Of a DNA stretch of 64,000 bases, positions 60,306 to 64,000 are shown in pieces. Source of the stretch: Nitrospirota bacterium. GTDB taxonomy: Bacteria; Nitrospirota; UBA9217. Below the pieces are notes generated by a model that saw only the letters and a program-made list of their open reading frames with translations, ran no database searches and had not been told where the DNA came from. The position numbers and the translations under genes were made by a program. The stretch spans positions 485,243 through 549,242 of the forward strand of contig CAVWIL010000007.1 in NCBI GenBank assembly GCA_963755045.1. The letters are read 5' to 3'. How positions within the stretch are numbered: position 1 is the first letter of the stretch; each line of letters opens with the position of its first letter.

Positions 60306-62140
60306 CTAATTCTTATCAGGGAATGTATTCTCAACCACTTCTTCCAGCGAAGTCAATCCCGCCTTCACCTTCAACAGTCCGCTCGCCCGAAGCGTCTTCA
60401 TTCCCCCGCTGACAGCCGCTTTTTTGAGCTCGAAGACCGATGCGCCCTGCAGAACGAGTTCCTTGATGTCGTCCCTGAGCGGCATGACCTCGTAGAGGGC
60501 TACCCTGCCTTTGTACCCGGTCTGGTTGCAGATATCACAGCCTTCCCCCTTGTAGCTCACGATGGTCTTGGCCTCTTCCGGATCGAACCCCGCCTCGATA
60601 AAGGTCTCAACCGGCAGTTTTTGAGGCTTCTTGCATTTCTGGCAGGCCTTCCGTACAAGCCGCTGCGCCACGATCAGGATCACTGCCGAGGATACCAGGA
60701 ACGGTTCAACACCCATGTTAAGCAGACGGTTGATGGTGCTTGGGGCATCATTGGTATGGAGTGTGGAGAGCACCAGGTGGCCGGTGAGCGCGGCCTTGAC
60801 CCCGATCTCCGCGGTTTCATAATCACGGGTCTCTCCCACCATGATGATATCCGGGTCCTGACGGAGAAAGGAGCGGAGCGCCGCGGCAAAGTTGAGCCCG
60901 ATCTCGTCCTTCATCTGGACCTGATTGATACCCATAAGGTTGAATTCCACCGGGTCCTCGGCGGTCATAATGTTTTCGGAATCGGTGTTCAGTTCGCTCA
61001 GCGCCGAGTAGAGGGTTGTGGTCTTGCCGCTTCCTGTCGGGCCTGTCACCAACACCATGCCGAACGGTTTCCCGAGGGCATCCTTGAAATCCGCCAGCTG
61101 GTCCTCATCAAAGCCAAGCTTGGTCATGTCGAGCTGAAGATTCGACTTGTCAAGCAGGCGCATGACGATCTTTTCGCCGAACAGGGTCGGAAGAACGGAA
61201 ACACGAAAGTCCATCACCTTGTTCTTGCTCATCTTGAGCTTGATCCTGCCGTCCTGCGGAAGTCTCCGCTCGGCGATGTCAAGGGATGACATGATCTTTA
61301 TGCGGGAGATGATCGCATTCCTGATCTTGAGCGGAAGACCCATGACCGTTTTCAGAACTCCGTCAAGCCGGTACCGCACCCTGAACTTTTTCTCGTAGGG
61401 CTCGATGTGGATATCGCTCACGCCCGCCTTTGCCGCACGGAGCAGAATGCCGTTCACGAGTTTCACGATCGGCGCTTCAACCTCTTCCGACAACGCGTCC
61501 AGCTTGTCATCTTCAATCACTTCGAGTTCATCGACCGCGCCGTGGACAAGGTTGTCGAAATCATCGACGTCCACCTCTCCGCCGGTATCGATATCATCCA
61601 CAAAGCCGCCGTCATCAGCAGTATCATCCATCGCATAATCTTTGGCATCCAGGGAGATCTTTTTCTCTTCCCGTGGGCGTCCGCTTTGGCCGAAACGAGT
61701 GCCTTGGTGGCACCGCCATAATATTTTTTGACCGCTTCAACAATTGCGCCTTCGGTTGCCACAACAGCTTCAACATTATAGCCGGTCATGAATTTGATGT
61801 CGTCGATGGCGAATATATTGGAGGGGTCGACCATGGCGATGGTGATCGTGGCACCGGCGCGATTGATCGGCATGATGCGGTATTTCTGCGCTACATCCGA
61901 AGGAATATGTTTTATGACAACAGGATTGATCTCGAATTTGCCCAGGTCGACATACGGGACGCCGTACTGTTTACTCAGAAACGTCATCAGCTTGTCTTCC
62001 TGCACGAACCCCATTTTGACCAGGATAGAGCCGAGCCTGCCGCCTTCGTTTTTCTGCGCGGCAAGCGCTTTTTGCAGCTGATCTTCCGTGATCAGACCCG
62101 ACGAAACAAGCATCGCGCCGAGTCTTCCAGACATCGCCAT
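60306..62140 (-). pseudogene. pilB: type IV pilus assembly ATPase PilB (GspE family), frameshift at an A5 run near 61655-61665
   Basis: N-terminal MshEN/T2SSE_N domain in ORF 61517..62140 (LGAMLVSSGLITEDQLQKALAAQ). ATPase core in ORF 60306..61631 (GPTGSGKTT, zinc CxxC...CxxC). Confidence 0.8.
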
Positions 62141-62400
62141 AAGAACTCCCGTACGTCTAATAGTAACTACGTTACTTCACCGTTCACGGTTCGAGTTTGA
62201 AAACCATGAAGATCGAACGATTTGAAGCGTCGAAATCGCAGAATAAATCTCAAACATGATGGGAGATCGGTTCACGTTCCAGCGTAGTTTATGCCAAAAC
62301 CTTGAACCGTGAACCTGATAACCCGAATGACTACTATATTACTTGAATAATGAATACATGTCAAGACAGCACACGTACTTTCCCCCGATTTTATAATGCG

Positions 62401-63249
62401 TTATCGAATCTGCTTGGAAAGCGCGTTCTTCATGACGAGAACCGGCGCTTTTTCTCCCGTCCATATTTCGAACGCGATAACACCTTGGTATAAAAGCATG
62501 CCGAGTCCGGATAGTCTTTTGGCGCCCCGCTTTTTCGCCATCTTCAAGAGTGCAGTCTCCGGCGGGTTATAGACAAGATCATACACGAGATGTTTTCTCC
62601 CGACGAGCTCCGCGGGCATCGGCAGGGGGTCGGTTATCCTGAGACCAATCGGAGAGGCGTTTATCAGACAATCTGCATCAGCCGCATACTCAGGGAGCAT
62701 CTCCTGTCCTATGGCCATTGACGGCACACCGGTCTTTTCCCGGATATCATTCGCCAGGAGAGCCGCCTTTCGGGCATCAAGGTCCCGGAAGACGATCACA
62801 GAGGCACCGGCAAGCGCCAGACTAAAGCTCACCGCACGGGCCGCACCGCCCGAACCGATGAAGAGAAATTTTTTTCCTTTTGGATCCAGCCCCCCACGCT
62901 CCCTGAGAGACCGCAGGAACCCTCTGCCGTCGGTATTGTGGCCGATCAGCCGCCCCTTCCGGACCTCGATCGTATTCACCGCGCCTATCAGCCGCGCTTC
63001 CTCAGAAAGTTCGTCGAGATAGGCAAGCACCCGTTCTTTGTGCGGGACCGTAACGTTCAGTCCGCGGAGACCGAGGGGGACCACCGCCCGCACGGCATCT
63101 TCCAGAGACCCAGGAGGGACCGCAAAGGGTACGTAGCAGGCATCCATCCCGAGTTTTTTGAACGCGCTATTATGCATCCCCGGTGAAAAGGTATGTTCAA
63201 CAGGGTGTCCGAATATTCCGTAGATCATCGTCTTTCCCGAAATCATCAT
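62401..63249 (-). CDS. aroE: shikimate 5-dehydrogenase
   Basis: IYGIFGHPVEHTFSPGMHN ... GAVNT ... NTDG ... GSGGAARA motifs. Confidence 0.85.
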   Translation of the reverse strand: MMISGKTMIYGIFGHPVEHTFSPGMHNSAFKKLGMDACYVPFAVPPGSLEDAVRAVVPLGLRGLNVTVPHKERVLAYLDELSEEARLIGAVNTIEVRKGRLIGHNTDGRGFLRSLRERGGLDPKGKKFLFIGSGGAARAVSFSLALAGASVIVFRDLDARKAALLANDIREKTGVPSMAIGQEMLPEYAADADCLINASPIGLRITDPLPMPAELVGRKHLVYDLVYNPPETALLKMAKKRGAKRLSGLGMLLYQGVIAFEIWTGEKAPVLVMKNALSKQIR

Positions 63250-64000
63250 GAGCGCCTCCCTTCACCACGCAACATGGTCACCAATTCACTGAATGTATCC
63301 GCCTTCCGTACCTTGACGGAGAGCGCCTGCTCCAGTTGTTCGAGGCGCATGTTGTCGAGGAACAGATCTTCATCTTCCTTCAGCGTGCCGGAGGGTATCA
63401 CGACCAGCTCTCCCAAACGCTTGCCTTTGAGAGCCCGGAGGATATCCTGTCCTGTCAAGAGCCCTGCAACCGTCACCGAAGAGCCGAAAAAATAGTTCTG
63501 TGCTATCACCAGCCTGATGCTTGGTCCGTCAACCGTTTTCAACCGCTCCAGGGAGCGCTTGAGGATATTGCCGAACGATACCCCGGTAACCAGGGTCACC
63601 TGTATCGGCGCCGCCTTTTTCGGGATCCGGGTACGCGAAACATCTCGCAGGAATTCGGACACCATGCCCACGCCGTTCTCTTTCTGGGGCAGGTCCTCGT
63701 AAAAAGAAAGTGGTGGGAATGGTTCTCGCGCCTTGATAAAGAATTCATCAGAAGCAAACACAAGTCGTGTCCCGAGGTTTCGTTTGAACCGCGACCCGAG
63801 CCGGGTAACGAGTTCGATCACCGCGCGCGCCTCGGAACGGGTAAATGACCTGAGAGGGAATAGCTTTTTTCTGAATGACGTTAAGCCCACCGGGACCACC
63901 GCTATGGAAGCAACAGCCGGGAAAAGACCGGACAGGTCGTCCAGCGTCTTTTGCAAGTGATCGCCGTCGTTGATCCCGGGGCACAGTACGATCTGCGTGT
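63246..64000 (-). CDS. C-terminal part of a DUF512-like (putative radical-SAM-associated) protein; start lies beyond window end
   Basis: ORF open to the window edge on the minus strand. The family assignment is tentative. Confidence 0.35.
   Translation of the reverse strand, partial: TQIVLCPGINDGDHLQKTLDDLSGLFPAVASIAVVPVGLTSFRKKLFPLRSFTRSEARAVIELVTRLGSRFKRNLGTRLVFASDEFFIKAREPFPPLSFYEDLPQKENGVGMVSEFLRDVSRTRIPKKAAPIQVTLVTGVSFGNILKRSLERLKTVDGPSIRLVIAQNYFFGSSVTVAGLLTGQDILRALKGKRLGELVVIPSGTLKEDEDLFLDNMRLEQLEQALSVKVRKADTFSELVTMLRGEGRRS

Noticed and set aside
1-64000. tRNA, rRNA or tmRNA genes
   Set aside because: No cloverleaf-like segments with a GTTCGAATCC-type T-arm and no rRNA-like conserved stretches were seen. 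The intergenic candidates checked (600-1470, 30700-31400, 38110-38630, 48600-49460) lack them.

Overview
This 64-kb window looks like a chromosomal segment from a deltaproteobacterium of the Geobacter/Desulfuromonadales type, at roughly 55% GC. The call rests on the pilB-pilT-pilC-pilS-pilR gene order, a two-CW-like cysteine-rich domain, PAS-GGDEF/PilZ signalling and a cobA-hemD fusion.

Core content:
- the 3' end of dnaE, then a MerR-type HTH ORF and ihfA
- a small c-di-GMP module: a two-CW-like Cys-rich ORF followed by a PAS-GGDEF cyclase
- a heme-biosynthesis operon on the minus strand: ccsA-like, hemA, hemC, cobA/hemD, an IscA-like gene, hemB and a TlpA-like gene
- lolC(E), a small YtxH-like ORF, lolD and lysS
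- purC, a CorC/HlyC transporter and a UbiD-family decarboxylase
- the type IV pilus cluster pilB-pilT-pilC-pilS-pilR without a pilA, then aroE.

Between about 22.7 and 50.2 kb the content turns accessory. It holds many small DUF proteins (DUF1579, DUF116, DUF2461, DUF1428, DUF2157/GDYXXLXY), two toxin-antitoxin pairs (ParE/Phd and HigB/HigA), an intact IS256-family element with a 9-bp target duplication, a tandem-PilZ protein, and three dispersed repeat families.

The most striking object is a roughly 6.5-kb unit bounded by about 177-bp structured inverted repeats. It carries one giant (about 1650 aa) secreted repeat protein with RCC1 beta-propeller repeats plus about 12 near-identical divergent InlB B-repeat (Ig-like) modules, together with its own AT-rich upstream region and an intrinsic terminator.

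Data-quality caveat: at least eight conserved genes (mltD-like, lysS, the giant adhesin twice, a RibD_C reductase, pilC, pilT, pilB) carry single-base frameshifts, mostly at short homopolymers. In addition there is one in-frame TAG and one ATA-for-ATG start in lolD. Because essential lysS is affected, many of these are probably assembly indel errors rather than real pseudogenes.

No rRNA, tRNA or CRISPR array was recognised.
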